DNA of 64,000 nucleotides from Verrucomicrobiia bacterium (lineage in GTDB: Bacteria; Verrucomicrobiota; Verrucomicrobiia; Limisphaerales; UBA1319), in NCBI GenBank assembly GCA_963664225.1, contig OY760937.1, positions 1,184,001 through 1,248,000 on the forward strand, read 5' to 3'. The notes under the pieces were generated by a model. It worked only from the letters and a program-made list of their open reading frames with translations. It searched no databases and was not told where the DNA came from. The position numbers and the translations under genes were made by a program. Shown one piece after another: positions 37,342-47,689 of this stretch. Numbering within the stretch: position 1 is the first letter of the stretch; every line of letters begins with the position of its first letter.

Positions 37342-38058
37342 ATGACAGTTTCGTTATTCATCCCTTGTTTCATCGATATGTGCTTTCCCAAGGTCGGGAT
37401 CAGCATGGTAAAGATTCTCGAAAAACTCGGGCATAAAGTGGCCTGTCCGGAAGCCCCTGCGTGCTGCGGTCAGCCAGCCTTTAACACTGGGTATTGGGAT
37501 GAAAGTCGCGACACGGCCATCAAGGTCATTGAGCAATACAAGGATGCCGAAGTGGTGGTCATCGCTTCGGGGTCCTGTGGGGCGATGATGAAAGTGTTTT
37601 ACCCTGAATTATTTGCTCAGACCAAATACGCCGAAGACGCGAAGGCCATGGCCGCCAAGTGTTTTGAATTCTCCAGTTTTTTGGTCAATCGCCTTGGAGT
37701 CAGCGATCTGGGAGCGAGTTTTCCCGCCAAGGTCACATTCCACGATGGCTGCCATGGTTTGCGGGAATTGAAGTGCAAGAAGCCGCCGCGTGTGTTGATG
37801 GAAAAAGTCAAAGGCCTGGAGTTGGTTGAAATGGACGCCGCCGAAGTATGTTGCGGATTTGGAGGGACGTTCTCGGCCAAGTTTCCGATGATTTCCACCG
37901 CCATGGGCGAGGTCAAGTGCGACTCGGCCAAGGCCACTCAGGCCGAGTATATCGTTTCCAACGATTCAAGCTGCCTGATGCATATCCAGGGGCTTCTGGA
38001 CCGGCGGGGCAGCAAGCTTAAAACCATTCACCTGGCGGAAATCCTGGCGCAATCATGA
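37342..38058 (+). CDS. lutA: L-lactate utilisation Fe-S protein A (LutA/LldE/YkgE)
   Basis: Two CCG domains: CCGQPAFNTG, FHDGCH, CCGFGGTF, SCLMHI. Confidence 0.9.
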   Translation: MTVSLFIPCFIDMCFPKVGISMVKILEKLGHKVACPEAPACCGQPAFNTGYWDESRDTAIKVIEQYKDAEVVVIASGSCGAMMKVFYPELFAQTKYAEDAKAMAAKCFEFSSFLVNRLGVSDLGASFPAKVTFHDGCHGLRELKCKKPPRVLMEKVKGLELVEMDAAEVCCGFGGTFSAKFPMISTAMGEVKCDSAKATQAEYIVSNDSSCLMHIQGLLDRRGSKLKTIHLAEILAQS

Positions 38059-39449
38059 ATGCCATCGCTCATCAATTTAAAGATCAGGCCACCAGGTTGA
38101 CCAGTGACCTGCGCCATCGGGAGTTAATCCAGACCGCGCTGGGCAAATACGCCATCGTTAGGGACAAGAAGATCGCCCTGTTCAAGGATTGGCAGGGCGC
38201 CCGTCAAAAAGCCTCGGAAGTTAAATGGAATGCGGTCAACCACCTGGACGAATATCTGGTGGAGTTCACCAAAAAATTGGAGGCCCGCGGTACCGTGGTT
38301 CACTGGGCCAGCACCGCCGGTCAGGCGCGGGAGATCATTACTGGGATTGTCAAAGCGAAGAACGCCCGGTCAGTCATCAAGTCCAAGTCCATGACCAGCG
38401 AGGAAATTCACCTCAACGACGCCCTGGAAAAAGAAGGCGTGGAAGTGGTGGAATCCGATTTGGGCGAATTCATCGTCCAATTGCGCCACGAGGCTCCTTA
38501 TCACATCGTCTTTCCGGCAATGCACCTGGACCGAAAGGATATCAGTGAATTGTTTACCCGGGAGTTGAAAAGCGCTCCGACCAGCAGTCCGGAAGAATTG
38601 ACGATGATTGCGCGGGGCGTGCTGCGACAAAAATATGTAAAGGCGGATGTCGGGATCACCGGGGCGAACTTCGCGATCGCTGAAACCGGGATGATTTCCA
38701 TCACGGAAAACGAAGGCAACGCCCGTCTGACGGCGGCATTGCCCAAGGTGATGATCACTCTTATAGGCTTGGAAAAAGTGTTGCCGAAGCTGGAGGATCT
38801 GGCTTTGTTCCTGCCCATGCTTGCAACGGTGGGCGCGGGTCAGACAATCAGCGGTTACAACACCATGTATGGAGGCCCCCGTCAGAAAGGGGAGGCCGAT
38901 GGTCCTGAGGAATTTCATGTGGTGCTCCTGGATAATCAGCGCGTCGCGTTGCTGGCGGATGCCGAGCAGCGGGACATTCTGCATTGCATACGGTGCGGAG
39001 CCTGCCTGAACGTTTGTCCCATCTACCGGAATGTGGGAGGTCACACCTATGGCACGACTTACTGCGGACCAATTGGGGCGGTGCTGACACCCCATTTGCG
39101 CGGATTGAAGGATTGGAAACATTTGTCCTACGCATCGTCCTTGTGCGGGGCGTGCACCGAGGGCTGCCCGGTCAAGATCAACCTGCATCATCATCTGCTT
39201 CAAACCCGGCGCAATAGCGGCTCGCAAAATCCGGTCTGGTGGCAAAAGATCGCGTTTAAATTATTTGCTCCGGTGGCCAATGGCCGCTTCCTCTGGTCGA
39301 TGGCCACACGCCTGGGCCGCGTGGGACAGATATTCCATCCATTGGTGAAAGGAACCCGCCTGGATCCCGCCTATGCATGGACCAAAACCCGCGAGACCCC
39401 AAAAATCGCGCCTCAAAGTTTTAAAGAATGGTGGAGACAGCACAAATGA
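38055..39449 (+). CDS. lutB: L-lactate utilisation Fe-S protein B (LutB/LldF/YkgF)
   Basis: KSKSMTSEEI, ENEGNAR, CIRCGACLNVCP, SSLCGACTEGCP; ATGA overlap with lutA. Confidence 0.92.
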   Translation: MNAIAHQFKDQATRLTSDLRHRELIQTALGKYAIVRDKKIALFKDWQGARQKASEVKWNAVNHLDEYLVEFTKKLEARGTVVHWASTAGQAREIITGIVKAKNARSVIKSKSMTSEEIHLNDALEKEGVEVVESDLGEFIVQLRHEAPYHIVFPAMHLDRKDISELFTRELKSAPTSSPEELTMIARGVLRQKYVKADVGITGANFAIAETGMISITENEGNARLTAALPKVMITLIGLEKVLPKLEDLALFLPMLATVGAGQTISGYNTMYGGPRQKGEADGPEEFHVVLLDNQRVALLADAEQRDILHCIRCGACLNVCPIYRNVGGHTYGTTYCGPIGAVLTPHLRGLKDWKHLSYASSLCGACTEGCPVKINLHHHLLQTRRNSGSQNPVWWQKIAFKLFAPVANGRFLWSMATRLGRVGQIFHPLVKGTRLDPAYAWTKTRETPKIAPQSFKEWWRQHK

Positions 39450-40132
39450 GCGAAAGAGAGAATATACTGGCCCGGATTCGTGAAGCCTTGGTGATACCGG
39501 CGCACAAACCGGTTCGTTCTGTGCTGCAAAACGGAAAGGACGCCGCGCCGGAAACCGGGAATGGTTATGCGGCGTTTCTGCCCATGGCTGCGACGGGCTT
39601 TGATGACCAACAGAAGCAGTTTCAGTTGAATGCCGCGGACTTGAAAGCGGAGTTTCACCTTCTGGAAAATGCAGCCGACGCGGCCGCCGCGCTGGCGAAA
39701 ATAAGCCTCGAAGAAGGTTGGAAGAAAGTCGCCACCCATCATGGTGAGTTGACCCTCCCTGCGTGCAAGGCGCTTGGCTTGCCCACCCTGATTGTTGACG
39801 ATGCTTTCGACAAAAATGAGTTGGAGGCTTCCGACGCGGGGATAACCGAATGTGACGCCCTCGTGGCGCAAACGGGTTCGGTGTTGGTGACCAGCCGCAG
39901 CGCGGGGGGACGCGCGTTATCGGTATTGCCTCCGCATCACGTCGTCCTGGCGCGCCGCGACCAGATGGTGTCCGATCTGCCGGCTGCTTTTGCGCTGTTA
40001 AAAGCCCGGTATGGCGCCGATTTCCCCAGCATGATTTCCTTTATCACCGGTCCGAGCCGGACAGGAGATATCGAGCGCATCCTGGTTTTGGGCGCGCATG
40101 GGCCTAGGAAATTGACGATTCTTTGTTTTTAA
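39446..40132 (+). CDS. lutC: L-lactate utilisation protein C (LutC/LldG/YkgG)
   Basis: LVAQTGSV, GRALSVLPPHH, FITGPSRTGDIE..LVLGAHGP; ATGA overlap with lutB. Confidence 0.9.
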   Translation: MSERENILARIREALVIPAHKPVRSVLQNGKDAAPETGNGYAAFLPMAATGFDDQQKQFQLNAADLKAEFHLLENAADAAAALAKISLEEGWKKVATHHGELTLPACKALGLPTLIVDDAFDKNELEASDAGITECDALVAQTGSVLVTSRSAGGRALSVLPPHHVVLARRDQMVSDLPAAFALLKARYGADFPSMISFITGPSRTGDIERILVLGAHGPRKLTILCF

Positions 40133-40242
40133 CCGGCTTCCACGTCTTTCGGACTGGGCCAAATCCACAAATCCAATCTGCAGGCAGTGACCGAGCTAAG
40201 ATTAGCGTTGCACGCAGCAACGGGTCCGGGCAAGAAAAGGCC

Positions 40243-40599
40243 ATGATCTATGTGTGGGCGGCGTTGATTGGGCTTTTAAGTGGCGTAGCCAGCGGTTTGT
40301 TCGGCGTGGGCGGAGGCATCATCATGGTGCCTGCCATGATGTTCTTCATGGGATTGCCCATTCATGTGGCCGTTGGAACCTCTCTTGCGGTGATTATTCC
40401 CACAGCCTTGATGGGGACCTACAAACACAACCTTCAGCATAACATCGATTGGTTTGTCGCCTTGAGCCTGGCGCCGACCGCGATTTTGGGTGGTTTCCTG
40501 GGCGCGCATTTGACGACGTTGATTTCAGCAAACAGCCTGAAACGGGCCTTCGGTGGGGTGCTTTTGGCGGTGGGTGTCAAATTATTGTTTTTCAAGTAA
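40243..40599 (+). CDS. Half-size TauE/SafE (TSUP) family membrane protein
   Basis: SGLFGVGGGIIMVP, AVGTSLA; 118 aa, about 4 TM. Confidence 0.8.
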   Translation: MIYVWAALIGLLSGVASGLFGVGGGIIMVPAMMFFMGLPIHVAVGTSLAVIIPTALMGTYKHNLQHNIDWFVALSLAPTAILGGFLGAHLTTLISANSLKRAFGGVLLAVGVKLLFFK

Positions 40600-40646
40600 G
40601 CGGTCCGTGCCCGCTGTGTTACCTTTGAAAAAAGTTGAATTGGGGC

Positions 40647-40688
40647 TTGATCTTTGCCCGAACCGGCTCCATAAGTTTTTAAAACTTA
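40647..40688 (+). promoter_or_regulatory. Putative ferredoxin promoter with overlapping 8-1-8 palindrome
   Basis: TTGATC-N17-CATAAG; TAAGTTTT-T-AAAACTTA at 40672-40688. Confidence 0.45.
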
Positions 40689-40702
40689 ATACGCGAGAAA
40701 TT

Positions 40703-40936
40703 ATGGCTGATAAAGCGAACAAATATCCAAACAATGTGAGCGGAAAGTACTACGTGGACAATCAATGCATTGACTGCGATCTTTGCCGCGAGACCGCTCC
40801 TCAGAATTTTACACGCAACAACGACGGGGGTTACTCATTTGTTTCCAAGCAACCCTCAACCCCTGAGGAAGAGGCGCAATGCAAGGAAGCCAAGGAAGGC
40901 TGCCCCGTTGAAGCAATCGGCAACGATGGTCAATAG
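40703..40936 (+). CDS. Single-cluster [4Fe-4S] ferredoxin
   Basis: CIDCDLC...GCPVEAIG; 77 aa. Confidence 0.92.
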   Translation: MADKANKYPNNVSGKYYVDNQCIDCDLCRETAPQNFTRNNDGGYSFVSKQPSTPEEEAQCKEAKEGCPVEAIGNDGQ

Positions 40937-40988
40937 TAGCCGTAGCCTTTGTAGCGCTTGAAGCGCTTATTATCGTTCCTTTTGGAAT

Positions 40989-41020
40989 AAACCGCGGGCT
41001 TGTTTAAACCTGCGGTTTTT
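40989..41020 (+). terminator. Intrinsic terminator after ferredoxin (possibly bidirectional with prfC)
   Basis: AAACCGCGGG-N10-CCTGCGGTTTTT. Confidence 0.7.
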
Positions 41021-41100
41021 CTGTACAGATCGCCAACAGCGGCCGATTGCTCTATGCCCTGATCGGCGTGGCTGATGTTATCGTTAAATAACCTGCTCGG

Positions 41101-42729
41101 TTATTGGTCTTTGCTTTTGGCGGCAACCTCGGCTTCAATTTTTTCAGGCGCGAGTTTTGCGATCTCAATTTTTGGATTGGTTTGTTGGAAATAGGCGGCT
41201 GACCAATCGTTGGCGAATAATATCACCGTGTTGTCATCGCTGTCTTTGGCAATCCGGGAGCCGGTGGGTAACTGGAGATGATCGCACTGCTCGTCAGTCA
41301 TGGTGCGCGGCAGCCAGCGGATCACAGTCCAGGGTGCGGCTTCCAGCCGCGATTCGGCGCCGTACTCGGAAAGCAGTCGGAATTGGACCACCTCAAATTG
41401 CAGTGGACCGACTGCGGCGAGCAGGGGAACTTTAACGGTGGCATCCTTCAAGTGAAGGATTTGAATCACACCCTCCTGGAGCAATTGTTCCAGACCCTGA
41501 CGGAATTGTTTGTATTTTCCGGTATTCGGATTGTGCAGGTAGGAAAAACTCTCCGGCGTGAACCGTGGAATTTCCTTATAGAATATGGTGGGATCTTCGG
41601 ACAGGGTATCGCCAATGCCGAACTCATCGTGTCCTACCAGCCCGACAATATCGCCTGGGAATGCTTCATCCACGGTCTCACGGTCTCGGGCAAAAAGTTT
41701 GTGTGAATTGGACAGGCGCACTTTCTTGCCGGTGCGCGTGTGGGTGGCGGTCATGTCGCGCTCAAAACGACCGGAACAAATGCGCAGAAATGCGATGCGA
41801 TCCCGGTGTTTGGGATCCATGTTCGCCTGGATTTTAAAGATGAATCCGGAAAAAATGGGATCCTCCGGGGAGATGATTCCCTGGGTGACTTTGCGCGGAC
41901 GCGGCGCTGTGCTATATTTCAAGAAGTTGTCCAACAACATTTGAACCCCGAAATTATTTGTCGCGCTTCCGAAGAAGACCGGTGTCAATTGGCCCTCCAG
42001 AACCGCCTGGGCGTCAAATTCCGCACCGGCCAGTTCCAGCATGCCCAGTTCTTCAGTGACCTTTAGAAACACATCCTCGTCCATGCGCTGGCGCACCTCG
42101 GGATCGGTGAGCGAGGCGATGGAGACAGGCGCCCGGTAGGCGCCGCCGGCGGTGCGTTCGAAAAAGTGGGCCTGACGATTCAGCCGGTCATAGACACCCT
42201 TGAAATCCACGCCGGCTCCCAGCGGCCAATTCATGGCGAAGGATTTGATCTGGAGAACGCTCTCCAATTCATCAAGCAAGTTCAATGGCTCCCGGGTGGG
42301 TCGGTCGCATTTGTTCATGAACGTGAAGATCGGCACGTGTCTCTGACGGCAAACCTCGAAGAGTTTGAGGGTCTGGCTTTCGATGCCTTTGCCCGCGTCG
42401 ATGATCATGACAGCCGCGTCCACAGCGGTCAAAACGCGATAGGTGTCCTCGGAGAAATCCTTGTGGCCGGGAGTGTCGAGCAGGTTGATGCGGTATCCGC
42501 TGTAATCGAACTGCAAGGCGGTGGAGCTGATGGAGATTCCGCGTTTGCGTTCCAATTCCATCCAGTCCGACGTGGTGGCGCGCTCCTGCTTTCGGGCGGA
42601 GACGGAACCCGCCAGCTGCACGGCGCCGCCGTACAGAAGCAGCTTCTCAGTCATCGTCGTCTTGCCCGCATCCGGGTGAGAGATGATGGCAAAAGTGCGG
42701 CGCTTTTCTATTTCGTTTTGAATATTCAC
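41101..42729 (-). CDS. prfC: Peptide chain release factor 3
   Basis: RRTFAIISHPDAGKTT, DTPGHKDFSEDTYR, FKIQANMDPKHRDRIAF; GTG start at 42729 inferred. Confidence 0.96.
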   Translation of the reverse strand: MNIQNEIEKRRTFAIISHPDAGKTTMTEKLLLYGGAVQLAGSVSARKQERATTSDWMELERKRGISISSTALQFDYSGYRINLLDTPGHKDFSEDTYRVLTAVDAAVMIIDAGKGIESQTLKLFEVCRQRHVPIFTFMNKCDRPTREPLNLLDELESVLQIKSFAMNWPLGAGVDFKGVYDRLNRQAHFFERTAGGAYRAPVSIASLTDPEVRQRMDEDVFLKVTEELGMLELAGAEFDAQAVLEGQLTPVFFGSATNNFGVQMLLDNFLKYSTAPRPRKVTQGIISPEDPIFSGFIFKIQANMDPKHRDRIAFLRICSGRFERDMTATHTRTGKKVRLSNSHKLFARDRETVDEAFPGDIVGLVGHDEFGIGDTLSEDPTIFYKEIPRFTPESFSYLHNPNTGKYKQFRQGLEQLLQEGVIQILHLKDATVKVPLLAAVGPLQFEVVQFRLLSEYGAESRLEAAPWTVIRWLPRTMTDEQCDHLQLPTGSRIAKDSDDNTVILFANDWSAAYFQQTNPKIEIAKLAPEKIEAEVAAKSKDQ

Positions 42730-43015
42730 AGCAAAAACCAATGTATCAAAGAACGGGCAGTTTAACCGACGCGGGCCGCAGCGCAAGCGGGCATTCTTGC
42801 CGATGAAAAAGTTCCCAACCAATGAAAGCCGCAATGATGCAAAGTATTAGCGCAGGTGCTTCCTTATGCAGGAAGGAGGTTGAATGAAAAATTCTTATTT
42901 AAAAATATTTGGCTCGTGGATGCAAATTTAGTTGCTCCACAGCGGGAATGAATTTAGAGAATAGCGAGATACCCTTAAACGGGTGATGTGGACCGAGCAA
43001 TCGCGGTGTGTAAAC

Positions 43016-46000
43016 ATGATAAGCAACGAGAAGCAATCGACGGAACCGGAACAGCGACGGACGAACAAGGCGCCTGGCAAGCAGGGGCTATACGATCCGC
43101 AGTTCGAACATGATGCCTGCGGCGTGGGATTCGTGGTGCACGCCAAGGGCGTGAAGTCACATTCCATTGTCAAACAGGCTTTGACGGTGTTGACCAATTT
43201 ACGTCACCGCGGCGCGTGCGGCTGTGAGAATAACACCGGTGATGGCGCAGGCATTCTGATGCAGATGCCCCATGAGTTTTTGAAGGGGGCGTGCTCGGAA
43301 GTGGGGATCAACCTGCCTGAATACAAGCAGTATGGGACTGGATTGGTATTTCTTCCTGTTGAGGCCAAGGCTCAGGCAAAATGCCGCAAAATAATGGGGG
43401 ATATCGTTGCTGACGAAGGGCAAACGCTGATCGGGTGGCGTATCGTGCCGGTCAATAACGCCTCTTTGGGACAGACTGCGAGGGATTGCGAGCCGGTATT
43501 CGAGCAGGTATTCGTGGGCCGGAATCCAGACATCAAGGACGACCTCGCGTTCGAGCGGAAACTTTACGTGATTCGGCGACGGGCTGAAAATGCCCTTCGT
43601 TACGGCGGTATGGAAGGCTGCGATGAGTTTTACATGCCCAGCCTTTCGTATAAAACATTGATATACAAGGGCATGCTCATGGCCGAACAGCTTGAGGATT
43701 ATTTCCCGGAGCTGATGGACCCGGCAATGGAGAGCGCGCTGGCCCTGGTGCATTCCCGCTTCAGCACGAACACGTTCCCCAGTTGGGCGCGCGCGCATCC
43801 TTATCGTTATTGCGCGCATAATGGCGAAATCAACACCCTGCGCGGCAACATCAACTGGATGCATGCCCGTCAGGCGATGCTTAAATCCGACCTGTTTGGT
43901 GAGGATTTGAAGAAGCTTTTGCCGGTCGTCTGCACCGATGGAAGCGATTCGGCCATGTTCGACAACTGCCTTGAATTCCTCGTCCTCTCAGGCCGGTCGT
44001 TGCCGCACGCCATCATGATGATGATTCCCGAGCCGTGGTCCAATCACGAAACCATGAGCGAGGACAAGAAGGCCTTCTACGAGTTCCACAGTTGTTTGAT
44101 GGAGCCTTGGGATGGTCCGGCGTCCATTGCGTTTACGGATGGTGTCAAGATCGGTGCGGTATTGGATCGCAATGGATTGCGCCCGTCACGTTATTACGTC
44201 ACCAAGGACGATCTGGTGATCATGGCTTCGGAAGTGGGAGTTCTGGACATACCGGCCGAGCGGATTTTGCTTAAAGGCCGTCTGCAGCCCGGCCGTATGT
44301 TCCTGGTGGACACTGAAGAGGGCCGGATCATTGCCGATGAAGAATTAAAGGGCCAGATGGCGGTCGAAAAACCGTACAAGGAATGGCTGAAAAAGCATCT
44401 GGTGCCCCTTGAGAAATTGCCCCCGGCGGCTGGGATGGTGGAACCGGGGCATGACTCAGTGCTGCAGCGTCAGCAGGCCTTTGGATATTCCTATGAAGAC
44501 CTGCGCATTCTCATGTCCCCAATGGCGCGCACGGGTGTGGAGGCTTTGGGCGCCATGGGTAACGACACGCCGCTGGCCGTGTTGTCCAACCGGCCGCGGT
44601 CGCTTTACGATTACTTTAAGCAATTGTTTGCCCAGGTCACCAATCCGCCGATTGACGCGATTCGCGAGGAACTCGTCACTTCCACGCTGACCACCATTGG
44701 TTCGGAGCGAAATTTGATCGATCCGGTGGCTGAGAGTTGTCACTTGATCAAGCTCAAGTATCCGGTGCTCTCGAATGAGGAATTCGCGCGGCTGGCACAT
44801 ATCAGCCAGCCTGGATTCAAAGCCGCAACGATTCCGATCCTGTTCAAGGCTGCCGAGGGTGGCGAGGGAATGGCCAGTGCAATGGAGGAGATTTATCTCC
44901 AGGCGGATCGCGCCATCAAGGACGGGGCAAACATCCTGATTCTCTCGGATCGGGGGATGAACCGTGAAATGGCCTCGATTCCCGCGTTGCTGGCGGTGGC
45001 GGGCTTGCACCATCATCTCATCCGTAATGAAACACGCACCCGCACCGGGCTTTTGCTGGAGTCGGGCGAACCGCGCGAACCGCACCATTTTTCGCTGTTG
45101 ATCGGCTACGGCGTTGGCGCCATCAATCCGTATCTCGCCTTTGAAACACTTGATGACATGATCCGCGAAGGGATGCTTCCGGGCCTCAAGCACGAGGACG
45201 CCGTCAAGAATTACATCAAGGCGGTCGTCAAGGGAGTCATTAAATCGACTTCCAAAATGGGCATCTCCACTATTCAGAGCTACCGTGGCGCGCAAATCTT
45301 CGAAGCCATCGGCCTGAATCACACGGTCGTGGACAAGTATTTCACGGGAACACCATCACGCATTGAAGGGGTTGATTTGGGCACGATTGCCAGGGAGGTC
45401 CTGATCCGTCACGAACAGGCGTTTCCAGCGCGTCCCATGGAGAATAACGCACTGGATGCGGGCGGTCAGTACCAGTGGCGCAGCGATGGCGAATACCATC
45501 TTTTCAATCCAGACACGATTTATAAGCTCCAACTGGCTTGCCGGACCAACAGCGCTCAAATGTTCAAGGAATACTCCAGCCTGGTGAACGATCAGGCGAA
45601 GCATCTTTGCACATTGCGCGGTTTGTTTGGATTCAAATTCGCCCCACATCCGGTTCCCTTGGAAGAGGTGGAGCCGGTCGAGGCCATTATGAAACGGTTC
45701 AAAACCGGGGCGATGTCCTACGGTTCGATCAGCAAGGAAGCGCATGAAACGCTCGCCATTGCGATGAACCGTATCGGTGGCAGGAGCAACACCGGCGAAG
45801 GCGGCGAAGACCCGAAACGCTATCTGCCGCAATCCAATGGGGATTCTCTTAACAGTGCCATCAAACAAGTGGCTTCCGGTCGGTTTGGTGTGACCAGCCT
45901 CTACCTCGTCAACGCCAGGGAACTGCAGATCAAGATGGCCCAGGGCGCCAAACCGGGCGAAGGCGGTCAATTGCCGGGGCAAAAGGTATATCCTTGGATT

Positions 46001-47653
46001 GCCAAAGTGCGGCATTCCACACCGGGCGTGGGTTTGATTTCCCCGCCGCCGCATCATGATATTTATTCGATCGAGGATCTGGCTGAATTGATCCATGACC
46101 TGAAGAACGCCAACATGGGCGCGCGCATTAACGTCAAGCTCGTCGCCGAGGTTGGTGTGGGCACGGTCGCCGCAGGCGTGGCCAAAGCGCATGCGGATGT
46201 GGTCCTGATCAGCGGCCATGACGGCGGCACGGGCGCGTCCCCGCTGGCCAGCATCAAACACGCGGGCATCCCGTGGGAATTGGGTCTGGCGGAAACCCAT
46301 CAGACCCTGTTACTGAACAATCTGCGCAGCCGCATTGTGGTGGAAACCGATGGCCAGTTAAAAACAGGCCGGGATGTGGTCATCGCCTGCCTGCTGGGCG
46401 CGGAGGAATTTGGTTTCGCCACGGCCCCGCTGGTCGTCTTGGGATGCATCATGATGCGGGTATGTCATTTGAACACCTGCCCGGTGGGGGTGGCCACGCA
46501 GGACGAACATCTGCGCAAGAATTTCAACGGCAAAGCCGAGTATGTCGTGAATTTTATGCGTTTTATCGCTCAGGAAATGCGGGAATTGATGGCGCAGCTT
46601 GGCTTTAGGACAATCAACGAGATGGTCGGCCATCTCGAATGCCTCGAAGTCAAAAAGGCTGTCGATCACTGGAAGGCCAAGGGCCTTGATTTTAGCAAAG
46701 TTCTGCACCAGCCCATCGTGGGTCCCGAAGTGGGAACCTATTGCCAGATCCGTCAGGATCATGGTTTGGATAAATCGATGGATCAGCAGTTTCTGCTCAA
46801 GCTCTGCGCTCCCGCCCTGGAAAAGGGCGAACCGGTGCGCGCGGTTCTGCCCATTCGCAACAGTAACCGGGTGGTCGGCACGATTCTCGGCAGCGAGGTC
46901 ACCCGCCGGTATGGTGCTGCCGGCCTGCCGCAGGACACGATCCGGCTGCATTTCAAGGGTTCGGCCGGACAGAGTTTCGGCGCCTTTGTGCCCAACGGAG
47001 TCACGATGATTCTCGAGGGTGATGGCAACGACTATGTCGGCAAGGGCTTGTCGGGCGGTAAAATCATTCTTTATCCGCCGCAAGGATCCACGTTTTTACC
47101 GGAAGAGAATATCATTGCCGGAAATGTGGCACTGTATGGCGCAACCAGCGGTGAGGCTTACATCGGAGGCATGGCGGGCGAACGCTTTGGCGTGCGTAAC
47201 AGCGGCGTCCATGCCGTCGTGGAGGCCGTGGGCGATCACGGCTGCGAGTATATGACCGGTGGCCGCGTCGTGGTACTTGGTATGACCGGTCGAAATTTTG
47301 CAGCCGGCATGTCGGGCGGTGTGGCCTATGTCCTGGACGAAGTCGGTGATTTCAGCAGCCGCTGCAACCTGCAGATGGTGGGGCTGGATCGCATTCAAAC
47401 CCCGCAGGAAGCCGAAGAAGTGCGGCAATTGATCCAGCATCACGCCGAATACACGAAGAGCCAGAAGGCGTGGAGGATTTTGGCGCTCTGGGAGGAGTAT
47501 GTTCCAAAATTCGTCAAGGTCATGCCCAACGATTACAAACGGGTTCTGGAGACTTTGCAAAAGGTCAAGGAAAGCGGCTTAACCGGTGATGAGGCTGAGA
47601 TGGAAGCTTTCAAGGTCAACGCCAAAGACCTGGCTCGAGTGGGTGGCAGCTAG
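43016..47653 (+). CDS. gltB: Glutamate synthase large subunit
   Basis: EHDACGVGF propeptide/Cys1, [47 protein letters not shown]-terminus. Confidence 0.98.
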   Translation: MISNEKQSTEPEQRRTNKAPGKQGLYDPQFEHDACGVGFVVHAKGVKSHSIVKQALTVLTNLRHRGACGCENNTGDGAGILMQMPHEFLKGACSEVGINLPEYKQYGTGLVFLPVEAKAQAKCRKIMGDIVADEGQTLIGWRIVPVNNASLGQTARDCEPVFEQVFVGRNPDIKDDLAFERKLYVIRRRAENALRYGGMEGCDEFYMPSLSYKTLIYKGMLMAEQLEDYFPELMDPAMESALALVHSRFSTNTFPSWARAHPYRYCAHNGEINTLRGNINWMHARQAMLKSDLFGEDLKKLLPVVCTDGSDSAMFDNCLEFLVLSGRSLPHAIMMMIPEPWSNHETMSEDKKAFYEFHSCLMEPWDGPASIAFTDGVKIGAVLDRNGLRPSRYYVTKDDLVIMASEVGVLDIPAERILLKGRLQPGRMFLVDTEEGRIIADEELKGQMAVEKPYKEWLKKHLVPLEKLPPAAGMVEPGHDSVLQRQQAFGYSYEDLRILMSPMARTGVEALGAMGNDTPLAVLSNRPRSLYDYFKQLFAQVTNPPIDAIREELVTSTLTTIGSERNLIDPVAESCHLIKLKYPVLSNEEFARLAHISQPGFKAATIPILFKAAEGGEGMASAMEEIYLQADRAIKDGANILILSDRGMNREMASIPALLAVAGLHHHLIRNETRTRTGLLLESGEPREPHHFSLLIGYGVGAINPYLAFETLDDMIREGMLPGLKHEDAVKNYIKAVVKGVIKSTSKMGISTIQSYRGAQIFEAIGLNHTVVDKYFTGTPSRIEGVDLGTIAREVLIRHEQAFPARPMENNALDAGGQYQWRSDGEYHLFNPDTIYKLQLACRTNSAQMFKEYSSLVNDQAKHLCTLRGLFGFKFAPHPVPLEEVEPVEAIMKRFKTGAMSYGSISKEAHETLAIAMNRIGGRSNTGEGGEDPKRYLPQSNGDSLNSAIKQVASGRFGVTSLYLVNARELQIKMAQGAKPGEGGQLPGQKVYPWIAKVRHSTPGVGLISPPPHHDIYSIEDLAELIHDLKNANMGARINVKLVAEVGVGTVAAGVAKAHADVVLISGHDGGTGASPLASIKHAGIPWELGLAETHQTLLLNNLRSRIVVETDGQLKTGRDVVIACLLGAEEFGFATAPLVVLGCIMMRVCHLNTCPVGVATQDEHLRKNFNGKAEYVVNFMRFIAQEMRELMAQLGFRTINEMVGHLECLEVKKAVDHWKAKGLDFSKVLHQPIVGPEVGTYCQIRQDHGLDKSMDQQFLLKLCAPALEKGEPVRAVLPIRNSNRVVGTILGSEVTRRYGAAGLPQDTIRLHFKGSAGQSFGAFVPNGVTMILEGDGNDYVGKGLSGGKIILYPPQGSTFLPEENIIAGNVALYGATSGEAYIGGMAGERFGVRNSGVHAVVEAVGDHGCEYMTGGRVVVLGMTGRNFAAGMSGGVAYVLDEVGDFSSRCNLQMVGLDRIQTPQEAEEVRQLIQHHAEYTKSQKAWRILALWEEYVPKFVKVMPNDYKRVLETLQKVKESGLTGDEAEMEAFKVNAKDLARVGGS

Positions 47654-47689
47654 AGAAATGCTGAAAAACTTTATTATTGGAGAATTGAA

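Noticed and set aside
42910..42925. sigma54 promoter TGGC...TGCA upstream of gltB
   Set aside because: GG-to-GC spacing is 9 nt instead of the required 10
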